A stretch of DNA of 62,332 nt, the filler included. It is 9 parts of 9 records of this genome, joined end to end, with 100 filler letters (N's around TTAATTAATTAA, not from the genome) between each part and the next. Parts side by side here need not be neighbours in the genome. Positions count along the whole stretch, not along the records: positions 13,125 to 20,733 come from SRR31156797_103573; positions 20,834 to 26,225 come from SRR31156797_103590; positions 26,326 to 31,951 come from SRR31156797_104186; 6 more parts are not named here. One strand, 5' to 3'. Positions 18,858-30,278 of this stretch are shown in pieces. A program made the translations under genes and the position numbers. A model generated the notes under the pieces. It was not told where the DNA came from, ran no database searches, and saw nothing but the letters and a program-made list of their open reading frames with translations. Positions within the stretch are counted from its first letter, which is position 1, and each line of letters opens with the position of its first letter.

Positions 18858-20733
18858 AGCTGCCCCTTTATCATGTTGGCACCCTGATGATAGAGTTCCT
18901 CTTCGAAGAGAGCATCAAGCTCTGCTTTTGCCTTCGCTCCCTCACCCAGGCCGATATACCCGAGACTCTTCAGGTACCGGCAGAGGATTCGGTTGTTCTT
19001 TGTATAATCCACATCGAAGATCAGGAAATCCTGGAGGGAGTAGATGAAAAAAGGAACCTCAACCTCATCATCCTGATGACTTACGCCGAAATCGATCAGT
19101 CTGTTGAAACAGCCCTTTGCCTTTCCGCTCATCCCCAGCTTCTTGAAGGCCAGACCCTGATAGAAAGCCATATCAGGCGGTAGGTCGTTATAGGCCATGG
19201 CGTTCCCCATTTCACTTGCGCCGCCGGCAGCCCGCATATAAGCCTCCCGGGCACCGGCTTCATCCCCGTTGGCCTCCAGAGCCAGACCGATAAAATAATC
19301 GATATTGTTTTCCGGTTGAATCTTCAGTTTTCCCTCACCCAGGTTTTCCGGATAGGTCCGGGCCGATTCCAGCTTCTTCACCGCATCATCATAAAGACCG
19401 GCCGCCGTGTCTTCTTTGGCCATTTCGATAAGGCTGAAGACGTACTGTTCCGAAACCTTTCCCTCACCCCCTTCCCAGGGGTGGAAGCGGTAGGCTGTTA
19501 CCAGCTTGTAAGCCTCTTTACACCGGCCCAGAAGATTATAGAGACCGATTCGTTCAAGGTAGAGATCATCCCGGCGATTCACTACATCCAGATGAGCTTC
19601 CAGGAACGCCAACCGCTCCTCGGGATTCCGGTTTTGAACCTTGTAGTACTGATCCAGCTCCAGAAGAATTCTACCATCTGAAGTATCCAGGGCAAAAGCC
19701 TTTTCCAGATACTCACCGGCCTTTTCGATCGCCCCCTTCTTATTAAAGTAGGCCAGAGCCAGATTCCGCCAGACAGTGGGAAAAGAAGGTGCCAGCTCCC
19801 GCGCCCGTTCCCAGAGATCGATGGCCGTTTCATAGACCCGCATATGGTACCAGTAGCATCCCGCATAGTAGAAAGCGTACGCTCCCTCGGGATTCAATCT
19901 TTGTGCTTCCGCCAGGACCGCAACGGATTCCAGCCTGTTAGGCCAGCAGTAGTCCGTCGGCATTACTTCGGCTTTTCGAAAAGCCGCGGCGGCTCCAGCC
20001 TCATCACCGGTACGGCTCAGGTAATACCCCCGGTAGTAACAGACCATGGGGTAGACCTTTTCAACCCGCTCCTCCAGTGCTTTTAGAAGAGCCACGGCAT
20101 CGTCGAAAAAACCGGCGGCGACGTAGTCAATGGCCAGTTCGATGTAGTTGTGAGGGTCATTGCGCATCTTGTCAAAAAAGAGATCCCCGGCGCCGGACTC
20201 TCCGGTGAGATAGAGTTCGTACATCGCACCGAAATCCAGAACATCCCGCTTAAGAAGTTCCCGGGCGGTTGCCAGAGCTTCTGACTTGCGCCCCAGGCTC
20301 CGCATCAAAACGGATTTCAGATGAACGGCCCGGAGGTTGTCACTATTGTCCAGAAGGGAGGTTGTAATAAACTCCAGGCCCTTCCCGACCTCCCCCTTTG
20401 AGGAGGCCAACTGAGCAAGGGCAAAGTAGGAAGCACCTCGCCACTCGCCATTCCAGGCAGCCTTGTAGAAATCAAGGTAGGCATACTCAGAATCTCCCGC
20501 CATGACCCGGGCCCAGCCGCGGTGATAGAAAACTTCCCCGGCATTGGGATTTTCATTGTAGGTCGTCAGCCGGTCTATCGCCGCGCTGAAATAGGAGACG
20601 GCACTTTCAAAGAGTCCCTTCCGGTATTCCGAAAGCCCCATTGCCGTGTTGCATTTATAATCCCCCGGGTCCCGGACCAGAGCCTCTTTGTAGTACCACT
20701 CCGGGCTGTAGGTAACATGACGATACTGCTCCA
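18854..20733 (-). CDS. TPR-repeat protein (DUF5107-like), 5'-truncated
   Basis: TPR helices, FHPWEGGEGKV, YPENLGEGKL. Confidence 0.75.
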
Positions 20734-20833
20734 NNNNNNNNNNNNNNNNNNNNNNNNNNNNNNNNNNNNNNNNNNNNTTAATTAATTAANNNNNNNNNNN
20801 NNNNNNNNNNNNNNNNNNNNNNNNNNNNNNNNN

Positions 20834-23800
20834 AGGGAATGTTGTGTTCTCCGGGGAAGATCACATGTCGCTTGTGCGGGGCGGGCGTCCCCAAGAAATG
20901 GAACAGGGGCTGTTGCGACGTCTCGCAGGGGAATAGCGAGTCTTCTCTTCCGTTGAGCATGAGGATTGGAATCTTGACCCGAGGGGCGAAGTTGGCAGGG
21001 TCGGAGGCCGGGTGCCTCTGGCAGCCGCAGATACCTCCCAGGAGCAGAATGCCCGTCTTGAAGCGGTCTTCCGGAGCGATCATTACCGGTCCCATCTGAC
21101 CACCCCAGGCCAGTCCGACATAGGCGATGCTCTCGATGTCGATGTCGCTTCGAGTTTCCAGATAGTCGATCGATCGACGCAGATCCTGCGACCTCTGGAT
21201 GTAGAGATTTCTGCTCTGCAGGCCTTCAGGCGGGTACGTGGTCTTCTCCAGACGGCGATCGTAGGTCCCTTTGTAGAAGGGGACAATCACGGCACGTCCG
21301 CTCCGCATGATGCAGACCATCTCATGGGCATAGGCTCTTTCGTCCCAAGGGCTGAATCGTGCGATGCCGCTCGGGTACCACACCACGGCCTGGTACGGAC
21401 GCTTGACGCCTTTGGGCAAATGCAGATAAGCGATAACTCGCTCGGTCGGATACGCGGCATCGAACGTGATCTTCTCGCGCCAGCAGTAGCCGAGATCTTC
21501 GTCGATCAGGTCGATTCGCGCGTTCAGTTCCGTCCGGTCGTATCCATAGGACGTCTCAAGATAGGAGTTGAAGACGCTCTCGGAGACCGGCTCAAAGTTC
21601 GCGAAGTCGCGACATTTGCTCTCGACGGATTCGAAGGCGAGGGGCGGAATGGCCTTCTTGTCGCCGAGGTACTTGACGCAGCGCACGCCGTTAGCGGGGT
21701 CTCTGTCCCAGGGCGAGCGAATGGCCCCGTTGATGAAGGCCGTGTCGTATTCGTTCCAGGTGCCCCCGAGCACACATCTGACGTCCTCGGCCCCCTCGAC
21801 GGCATTGCAGCACCATTCTCTGACGTTGCCCGCCGCGTCGTAGAGTCCGAATCGGCCCATCCCCTGGTGGCGGCCCACGCAGGCCGGGCCGTCGCCGAAA
21901 TTGCTCAGACGGGTGATACGGTAGGGCTCGTCATCGGCGCGGGCCGCATGGGTCCAGTGAAAAACCGTGGGCAAATCCTTGTCTCGGAATCGCGCATAGG
22001 CGGCCGCCTCGTACCAACTGATCCCACCTACGGGACAGTTGCGCTGCCCCTTGGGGTAGGTCCCGTTCTCCCAGGTGGCCGGGCCAGGGCGCCCGGTCTG
22101 GTCTTTATAGGCCTCCATCGCCTCAGACCACGTCAGCACCTGCCCATCCCGAACGAATTCGTGTTCCCACAAGTTGGGGTCTTCGTAACCGCCGCCCTTG
22201 ATGAATGCCCGGAACTGGCGGTTGGTGACCTCGTATTTGTCGATCAGGTAGGCGGGGGCCGAGGGGATTGTCCGATTGCCGTGGAAAAGCAACTTCTGGT
22301 CCAGGTCCGATGGGGGTATCCACACCATGTTGGTTGGGAATGTGCCCACGCGGTGCAGCGCGAAGGCCATCTCCTTGGGGGGAAGACTGGCTCTGTCAAC
22401 ATGAGGCGAAGGCAGGTCGTTGGATCGCACCTCCTCCACGGTCACATACCCGGATTTCTCCAGCTTCCAGCGATATGTTCCGAAAGGGATTCTCGCCTGC
22501 TTGAGAGGGGAACGGCCCAGGTATTTCCATTTCGGCTTGCTCTCGCTGTATTCACTGATGAAGACCTTTGCCTGGGGTGGCTCTGTCGTGACATGGTATT
22601 GCCGTGCCAGATACGACCAGCGGTCGACCAGCAGAGGATCGTCCGGAATATAGCGCTCGGCCTTTTCCGCCAGAAGGTAAGCCGCGAAGTAGGCATCCTC
22701 CTCGATAAGGTTGTTGATCCCGGCCAGGGCGTGCTGCTGAGCCCACTGCGTTATGTAGTGTTTCCAGGCGATGCTCCCGGCCAGGGCCAGTGCCAGAACA
22801 ATGCCCGCGGTCAGGATGGCGGCGACCTTGCGGCGGCGCAGCAGTTTGACGATCCGGTCGACGCTGCCCGCGGGCTTCGCCTTGATGACACAGCCCGCCA
22901 GGTACCGTCTCAGATCTTCTGCCAGCTCGCGGGCGTCGCCATATCGTCGGTCCGGATCTTTCTCAAGGGCCTTGCAGCAGATGGTCTCCAGGTCCACGGG
23001 GATCTGACGTTCCACTTGGCGCGGTCGCAGGGGATCTTTGCCGAGGATCTGTCGTATGACCTGCTCTCTCGCGCTGCCGTCGAACAAGGGGCGCAGGGTC
23101 AGCAGCTCGTAGAGCGTCACTCCGAGAGAGTAGATGTCGGAGCGATGGTCCGGCTCGCCATGATCTCCGGCGATTTGCTCCGGACTCATGTAACGAGGGG
23201 TTCCGACAAACGATCCGGTGAGCGTCATGGCTCGTTCCTGGCAGGTGCGCGCGATCCCGAAATCCAGGAGCACCAGGCGTCCGTCATCGGCCAGAACCAA
23301 ATTGGACGGCTTGACATCGCGGTGGATAATTCCCTCTTCGTGCGCATAGGCCAACGCATCAGCCACTTCGCTGATCAGACGCGCGGCCATATCGAAATAC
23401 TCGCGGTCCGACCGGCAGGTCCGCAGCAGACACAATTGCGCATGCCGACCACCGGTCTCGTCCATCGGCGGCACCTCCTCCTGGCCGCCTGGGTAGGTTG
23501 TGCAACTTGGCGGTGTCTGCCCGGAGGTTGACGCCTTGGCGGCGCGCAGGTCTTCAATGATGCGATCCAGAGGCTCGCCCTCAACCATCTCCATCGCAAA
23601 ATAGCAGATGCCTTGCTCCAGGCCCTCCGCGTAGATGGTGACAATGTTGGGGTGCCGCAGCCGTGCGGCTGCGCGAGCCTCGCGATGAAACCGCTCGATG
23701 GCGGACGCATCGCCAACCAGGCTGGAGGGCAGCACCTTCAGCGCCACGTGACGGTTCAACGAGATCTGCAGGGCCTGGTAGACGACGCCCATCCCTCCGG

Positions 23801-24068
23801 AACCCAGTCGCCGCTCCAGGCGGAAATCGCCCAATAGGAGATTGGGCTCAAGGCCGGTGAGCCACCCCTCGGTTCCGGGGGTCTTCTGTGGAGAATCGTC
23901 CTGCTCAGGTGGCGAACTGGGGAGTTCCTGGCCCATGCGCAGCTGTGCCACGGCCTTGGCACACGAATCACACAGCCGAAGGTGGCGCCGCCAGAACGTG
24001 ATCTGTTCCGGTGAAGCCGACCCCTCAAGCAAAGCCGCCATATCCCGCTGCGACAGACACCCTGTCAT
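20834..24068 (-). CDS. Ser/Thr protein kinase with N-terminal zinc finger, TM helix, FGE-sulfatase domain and C-terminal alpha/beta hydrolase domain; 3'-truncated
   Basis: HLRLCDSC; GSGGMGVVY, VALKVL, HRDVKPSN, DFG, GTPRYMSPEQ; EVTNRQF, GLYDAAGNVREW; GLAWGG...NGRED...GEH. Confidence 0.88.
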
Positions 24069-24386
24069 GGGTTAACATCTCCCAAACACCCCGCCACAAA
24101 AACTCCCACAACAATTATATCGCCTGGGCGGCGCTTCAGCAAGGAATCTGATGGGCGTGTGCACAGGTGCCTGCCCAGGATTGACAGGTTTCATCGATTT
24201 TTCCGGTTCCTCATGCGTCCTACCTTTGTAAGAAGCGGCCAGAGACGACTGGGGCTTGCCTGGCCCCCGCCGCGGCGATATGGTAAGAAAGCGGAGAACG
24301 GGGAGGTCGGCAGTATCTGTCCGGCCTTGCGGCTTGTCTGCGGACGCTGATTCGGACCGAAGCGATTGAGAAGAAGGAGAGCGATT

Positions 24387-26225
24387 ATGAGAGGTTTGAA
24401 AGCGGAATTGTTGTGGATCGCGATGGGATTGGTGTTGATCCCCGGTGGGGCCCTGTGCCTGGGGTCCGAAACGGCTGCAGCGGAGGAGATGCCCCCGGCT
24501 CCCGCGATCGTGGCGCATTTTCACCTCAGTGGTGCGCTGACCGAGTCGCCCATGGTGGATCCCTTTGGTCTTACGGCCGGACAGATGATGTCGCTGACGG
24601 GGCTAGTCGATCGCCTGGAGCAGGCCCGCGACGATGACAAGGTCAGTGCGATCATTCTGACCTTCGACCGCATGTCCTTCGGATTCGGGCAACTGGAGGA
24701 GATTCGGGCCGCGATCGGACGTGTCCAGGAGGCGGGCAAGAAGGTTTACGTACACGCCGAGGGCATGAGAACCTTCAGCTATGCGTTGCTCTGTGCCGGG
24801 GATTATCTCAGTGTCGCGCCGGAATCGGCGCTTTGGCTGACCGGCATCTACGGCGAATCGCTCTATGTGAAGGACCTGCTGAGCAAGATCGGAATCCAGG
24901 GCGATTTCATGCATATGGGTGCCTATAAGTCGGCGGCCGAGATGCTGACCCGGACCGAGCCCAGCGGCCCGGCCGAAGCGAATGTCAACTGGTTGCTCGA
25001 TGGCTATTACGAAACGCTCGTGGCGATGATCGCCCAGTCGCGGGACAAGACGCCCGAGCAGGTGCGCGAGCTCGTCGATGGCGGCCCCTATCTGGCCGAC
25101 GAGGCTCTGGAGAAAGGGCTGATCGACGCGATAGAAACCCGCGGCGCGTTTCTCGCCCGTCTCAAGGAGGATATCGAGGGACCGGCCGCGGTCGACAATC
25201 GGTACGGGCGGAAGCAGGGGCCTCAGATCAATCTGGCCAATCCCCTGGCGTTCTTCTCGATCCTGGGTGAGATGTTCAAGACGCCGCAGCGGTCCCAGAA
25301 GGATGCCGTGGCGGTCGTCTATGTCGAAGGGGCCATCGTCTCGGGCCACAGCCAGCCCAGCCCGTTCGGACAGGCCGGCGGTGCCTACAGTGGTGACATC
25401 CGCAAGGCCCTGGAGACGGCTGCCAAAGATGCGTCGGTCAAGGCGGTGGTCATGCGCGTCGATTCCCCCGGGGGCTCGGCCGAGGCCAGCGAAGTGATCC
25501 TCAACGCCACCCGACAGGTTCAGTCTCGCAAGCCTCTGATTGTCTCGATGGGTGACGTCGCCGGCAGCGGGGGCTACTACATTTCTTGCGGCGCCGATGC
25601 CATCTTCGCCGATACGGCCACCGTTACCGCCTCGATCGGGGTCGTGGGTGGCAAACTGGTCACGGCCGAGATGTGGGACAAGCTGGGCGTCAACTGGGTC
25701 GGGTACAAGCGCGGGGCCAATGCGGATATCTTCAATAGCGAGCGTCCGTTCGACGGCCCGCAACGACAAGTCCTCGAACGCTACATGCAGGACGTCTACG
25801 ATGTCTTCAAGGCCCACGTGGCGAAAGGGCGGGGCGACAAGCTGGCCAAGGACCTCGACGAACTCGCCGGCGGGCGCGTCTTCACGGGCAAACAGGCGCT
25901 GGAGTTGGGTTTGGTCGACCGTCTGGGTGGACTGCACGACGCCGTCGAGTACGCCGCGGGGCAGGTGTCGTTGACCGACTACGAGGTTCGCGTGATCCCC
26001 GAGCCCCAGGACTTCATCACCATGCTCATGGGAGATTATTCCGGCGAAGGCGAAAGGCCGACGGACATCTCCATAGGCAGTGCGACCAGTCTTCTCGCGG
26101 GCCATCCTGCGCTGGCGAATCTCCTTGGTCTCCTGCGTAAGACCGAGCCACAGCGGGCCGGCGCCCTGTATCAGGCGTTGCAGCGCGTCGAGTTGATTCG
26201 CGCTGAAGGAGTGATTATGATGATG
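24387..26225 (+). CDS. sppA: Signal peptide peptidase SppA (two-domain form), 3'-truncated
   Basis: GAYKSAAE, RVDSPGGS, SMGDVAGSGGYY, SIGV, GRVFTG. Confidence 0.9.
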
Positions 26226-26375
26226 NNNNNNNNNNNNNNNNNNNNNNNNNNNNNNNNNNNNNNNNNNNNTTAATTAATTAANNNNNNNNNNNNNNNNNNN
26301 NNNNNNNNNNNNNNNNNNNNNNNNNTTTGGGAACCGCTAATCTAGAATATCAATTGGAGGACTAAAATCCCCCAC

Positions 26376-27926
26376 ATGAAAAATCAGGCAACTCAACTCA
26401 CGCATCAAGCTCTAATAAATTACTACCGGCTGTTAACGGCAGGCTTTATTTTTATAGTCGCATTAGGTTTCAGCGCCTCCGGCGAGGCGACCCCTGTTAA
26501 ACCAAGGAGTAAAGTGCCTGACGCCCTCATAGAACCAGGGCCGGGCAAGGACCGGTTCATACTTGTCGTGGAAAAGGCCGAGCAGAAATTGCACTTATAC
26601 GAATTTAAGAAAGGCAATTACTATCTGCATAACATAATGGACTGCTCCACAGGGGAAAACACCGGCGACAAAATGGTGGAAGGGGATAAAAAGACTCCGG
26701 AAGGTTTTTACATTTTTAATAAAAAAGCCGTTGAATCCGAATTGGCGCCTATTTACGGCGTATTGGCCTATCCGATGGATTACCCCAATTATTGGGACAA
26801 GGTTTCAAATCGAGCCGGCAGCGGCATTTGGATGCATGGGACGAATAAAAAGCTTGCACCCCTGGATTCGAATGGTTGCGTCGAATTGAAGAACATCGAC
26901 ATCATGAATCTGGAAGGGCTTATAGACCTGTACAGGACCCCGATCGTGGTCTATCATAAAATCGCCTACAACAGCACCGAGGAAATGAACAGGGAAGCGG
27001 CCGAGTTGAAATCTTTCATCGAGGCGTGGAGAAGAGCCTGGGAAACAAAGGATTTTAAAGCCTACAAGGCCAAATACGCCAAGGACTTTGTTAGTAATGA
27101 CGGTAAAAGCTACTCCGCCTGGATGGACCATAAAAGCAATCTGAATCATAAATATGAAAAAATTGAAGTCGATATAGCCGATTTGAAAATATATCGGCAC
27201 CGGGATGTAATTGTCGCTTCTTTCGAGCAATACTACAAGGCCAATAATCATTTCACCAGCGATGGGGTAAAAAGGCTTTATATCAGCGATAACGGCGGCT
27301 CATACAGGATTGCGGCCGAAGAATGGCATCCTTTTCCGCCCAGGTCTCCCAGGAAGCTTTTATCCGCGGAAGTCAAGGCCCGGGTAATGGCCGAGGAAAA
27401 AACTGCCCCGGTTGTGGTTGCTTCGGTGAAAAAAACGCCGGCGGTTCAACAGCAAAAACAGCCGGCGCCGGACAAGCCTGTCGCCGCGTCTCCGCCCAAA
27501 CCCGAGAAAAAAGTCGCCAAGAAAGAGGCCAAGCCGGCCGCCCCGAAAATCAACAAGCAGTTGGCTGCAGAATCCGACAATGTCAGGAAGATAGTAAAGC
27601 AGTGGCTTAACGCCTGGCGGGGTATGGACGTTGACAACTACCTGGTTCATTATCATCCGGAGTTCAAATACAAAGGCATGGATTTGAACGGTTACAGGGA
27701 GTACAAGCAGGGGCTTGCCGAAAAATACAATTCAATAACCATAAAAGTTGAAAAGATGGATATCCAGGTTCAGGGAACGAGAGCCATGGTGACATTCGTG
27801 CAGGATTATCGTTCCGATAAATACAGGGATTACGGCCTCAAAACCCTGGTCTTGAAAAAGCACAAAAAAGACTGGCGGATAAAAGAGGAATCCTGGAAAG
27901 ACATGAGCGCGGGAGCAAAACCATAG
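26376..27926 (+). CDS. YkuD L,D-transpeptidase-family protein with two NTF2-like domains (Csd6/Pgp2-like)
   Basis: GDKKTPEG, YPN, GIWMHG...SNGC; two W..AW...YxxxY...WxIxxE repeats separated by a Pro/Lys/Ala linker. Confidence 0.82.
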   Translation: MKNQATQLTHQALINYYRLLTAGFIFIVALGFSASGEATPVKPRSKVPDALIEPGPGKDRFILVVEKAEQKLHLYEFKKGNYYLHNIMDCSTGENTGDKMVEGDKKTPEGFYIFNKKAVESELAPIYGVLAYPMDYPNYWDKVSNRAGSGIWMHGTNKKLAPLDSNGCVELKNIDIMNLEGLIDLYRTPIVVYHKIAYNSTEEMNREAAELKSFIEAWRRAWETKDFKAYKAKYAKDFVSNDGKSYSAWMDHKSNLNHKYEKIEVDIADLKIYRHRDVIVASFEQYYKANNHFTSDGVKRLYISDNGGSYRIAAEEWHPFPPRSPRKLLSAEVKARVMAEEKTAPVVVASVKKTPAVQQQKQPAPDKPVAASPPKPEKKVAKKEAKPAAPKINKQLAAESDNVRKIVKQWLNAWRGMDVDNYLVHYHPEFKYKGMDLNGYREYKQGLAEKYNSITIKVEKMDIQVQGTRAMVTFVQDYRSDKYRDYGLKTLVLKKHKKDWRIKEESWKDMSAGAKP

Positions 27927-27970
27927 CTGCTAAAAGAAAAAAAAGTAAAGAGCCGATCGATATTATTTTC

Positions 27971-28747
27971 ATGAAAAAGGTCGGCAAGGTCCACAGTATG
28001 AAGGTTTCCGGCCGATTTTTCGCGGTCGTGGGGCTTTTTGCCGTTGTTTTTATCGTGGCTTCTGTTTTGGTAATGAACAGTTACCTTAATTTGTATTATG
28101 AGAACAGGGAACTGAAACAAAAACTCAAAATGGCCGCACAGGTCATTAAGGAGCGCAAGTATCAGTCCAACGTACTTTCTCAATACAACCAGCTTGTAAA
28201 TGAATTGAACAAGACCGAACAGGGGGGGGACGCCGGAGACGAACAGACAAAGGACGCTGAGATCAAGGTCGCCCAACCCCTTAAAAAAGACCAACCTGTG
28301 AATGAAGAAAAAAAGGACGAACAGGCAAAGCCGGATGAAAACGCGGGCCGGGAAAAGCCAGAGGCCGTCGGGCCCGAGAATCCTCCGGTCGATGCCGTAA
28401 AATTATCTTTGATAGCTGAAAAAAAAGATTCCTTGCGCTTCCAATATAGTTTGTTGAATGTGGAAGAGGGAAGCAACAAAGCTGTTAATGGGCATATATT
28501 TATTATTATAGATAACGGTCAGGGCGCCGATCCATTAATAGCATCTTATCCTGTAGTTGAATTTGAAAACGGGTTGCCCGCCGATTACAAGAAAGGAACG
28601 CAATTTAGCATTAAGCACGGAAAAACCGTGAAAGGCCGCATTGATAAGGTCAAGTCCCCGGCGGACGTCAAGGATGCCAGGGTGATCGTTTTTTCCGAAG
28701 ACGGAAAATTACTGCTAAATAAATTAATAAGCGCTGAAAATGGCTGA
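27971..28747 (+). CDS. Single-pass membrane protein with coiled coil; true start possibly ATA at 27923
   Basis: TM helix FFAVVGLFAVVFIVASVLV; 3' end overlaps the next gene. Confidence 0.7.
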   Translation: MKKVGKVHSMKVSGRFFAVVGLFAVVFIVASVLVMNSYLNLYYENRELKQKLKMAAQVIKERKYQSNVLSQYNQLVNELNKTEQGGDAGDEQTKDAEIKVAQPLKKDQPVNEEKKDEQAKPDENAGREKPEAVGPENPPVDAVKLSLIAEKKDSLRFQYSLLNVEEGSNKAVNGHIFIIIDNGQGADPLIASYPVVEFENGLPADYKKGTQFSIKHGKTVKGRIDKVKSPADVKDARVIVFSEDGKLLLNKLISAENG

Positions 28748-30263
28748 TACACTTTACGTATGGCCCTGCCGAATTGCCGGGTTGCTCGCGGCCCTGGCCC
28801 TTCTCGTGATATGCCCGACAACTGCACAGGCGCGCAGAGACCATAGTGTTTATTTCCAGGATACCCAGCATGAGCTGAACGTTTACAAGATTTACGGCCG
28901 CAAGGAAGGGCCGACCATGATGATTATCGGCGGCATCCAGGGCGACGAACCCGGCGGATTTCTGTCGGCCGATCTTTACACCGATTTTGCGCTCAAGCAG
29001 GGAAACCTGATAGTTGTGCCCAGGGCGAATTTCTATTCCATTTTACTATACACACGTGCGCCCAACGGCGACATGAACAGAAAATTCGGCGATAAGACCA
29101 AGAGGGATCCTGATTATAAGATAGTGGAAATTCTTAAAAAGCTGATGGCTGAAAGCGATATCCTCCTGAATCTGCACGACGGCTGGGGGTATTATCGTCC
29201 GACCTATGTCAGTAAAATGGCCAATCCAAAGAGATACGGCCAATCCATAATAGCTGATTGCGGGGAATATGTTTCTCCCAGGACCGGTGAAAAAATAAAT
29301 TTAAAGGAAATGGCCGAAAAAGTTATTAAGAATATTAATGAACAGATAGACAACCCCAAATACCATTTCCATTTTATGAACACGCGCACGGCGGAAAAAG
29401 CCTCTCCCTATAAGGAACAACGGAAATCAGCCACGTACTATGCCATGACCAGGCTCGGCATTCCCGCCTTTGGCGTGGAAACTTCCAAGAACCTGCCGAC
29501 CATAGAAATGAAAGTACATCAACATAATCTGGCCATTAACGCTTTCATGGAAATGTTCGGTCTTGTTCCGGAGCAGCCAAGAATTTATCTGGAAAAGCCG
29601 AAGCTTGAATATCTTATTGTTTCTATCAATAACCAGGTGCCTGTTGCTGTCGCCGACGGCCAGGCCCTAATGCTGAACAGAGGCGATTCAATAGAAATAA
29701 TCCATGTAGAATCTAACTATGACCGGGGATTGTCCGTTGATATTTTGGGAATGGGCACCATTAACGACTACAGGCAGCAATTCACCATGAAAAAACCGAC
29801 TTTTATCGTGGCCCAGAAAGACCATATCAAGTTCGGCCGCGTGCCTGTTGTATTGACCGATAAAAAGATCGCAAGCATGGCGTCGGTAAAACCCCGTGAA
29901 TCCAAGCCCGCAGCCGCTGCTGTAGATAAACCCAAAGAATTCAGGGTTAAGTCTTTTATTATAGAAATAGAAGGAAAAAAGCATACTGTTCCGCCCGGGC
30001 AAAAGATCAGGGCAAAAAACGGCGACCGGATAAAGATTGTGGATATTGATACGGAAGGCGTGGAGCCTCCCGGAATTGTGGTTAATTTTAAAGGTTTTGT
30101 CGGCGATAAAGGCGCAAATACCGGAGAAGACCGGGGCTATACGATCAAATCAGATAAAGACCTGCTAAAACGATATTCATTATCGAAAACTGAAAAGATT
30201 TATGACGTCAATGTAGAGCAGGGCAAAAAAGTTCTGGCCAAAATTACCATCCACCTGAAATAG
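28740..30263 (+). CDS. M99/M14-like zinc carboxypeptidase (Csd4/Pgp1-like D,L-carboxypeptidase)
   Basis: IGGIQGDEPGG, VVPRANF, DMNRKF, LNLHDG, YGQSIIAD, ETSKNL. Confidence 0.82.
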   Translation: MADTLYVWPCRIAGLLAALALLVICPTTAQARRDHSVYFQDTQHELNVYKIYGRKEGPTMMIIGGIQGDEPGGFLSADLYTDFALKQGNLIVVPRANFYSILLYTRAPNGDMNRKFGDKTKRDPDYKIVEILKKLMAESDILLNLHDGWGYYRPTYVSKMANPKRYGQSIIADCGEYVSPRTGEKINLKEMAEKVIKNINEQIDNPKYHFHFMNTRTAEKASPYKEQRKSATYYAMTRLGIPAFGVETSKNLPTIEMKVHQHNLAINAFMEMFGLVPEQPRIYLEKPKLEYLIVSINNQVPVAVADGQALMLNRGDSIEIIHVESNYDRGLSVDILGMGTINDYRQQFTMKKPTFIVAQKDHIKFGRVPVVLTDKKIASMASVKPRESKPAAAAVDKPKEFRVKSFIIEIEGKKHTVPPGQKIRAKNGDRIKIVDIDTEGVEPPGIVVNFKGFVGDKGANTGEDRGYTIKSDKDLLKRYSLSKTEKIYDVNVEQGKKVLAKITIHLK

Positions 30264-30278
30264 CCCGGAATAATATAA

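Noticed and set aside
21012-23531. 839-aa plus-strand ORF and similar long antisense ORFs (6984-8309, 24603-26105, 44583-45863, 46875-48014)
   Set aside because: Shadows of GC-rich real genes on the opposite strand; no recognisable motifs.
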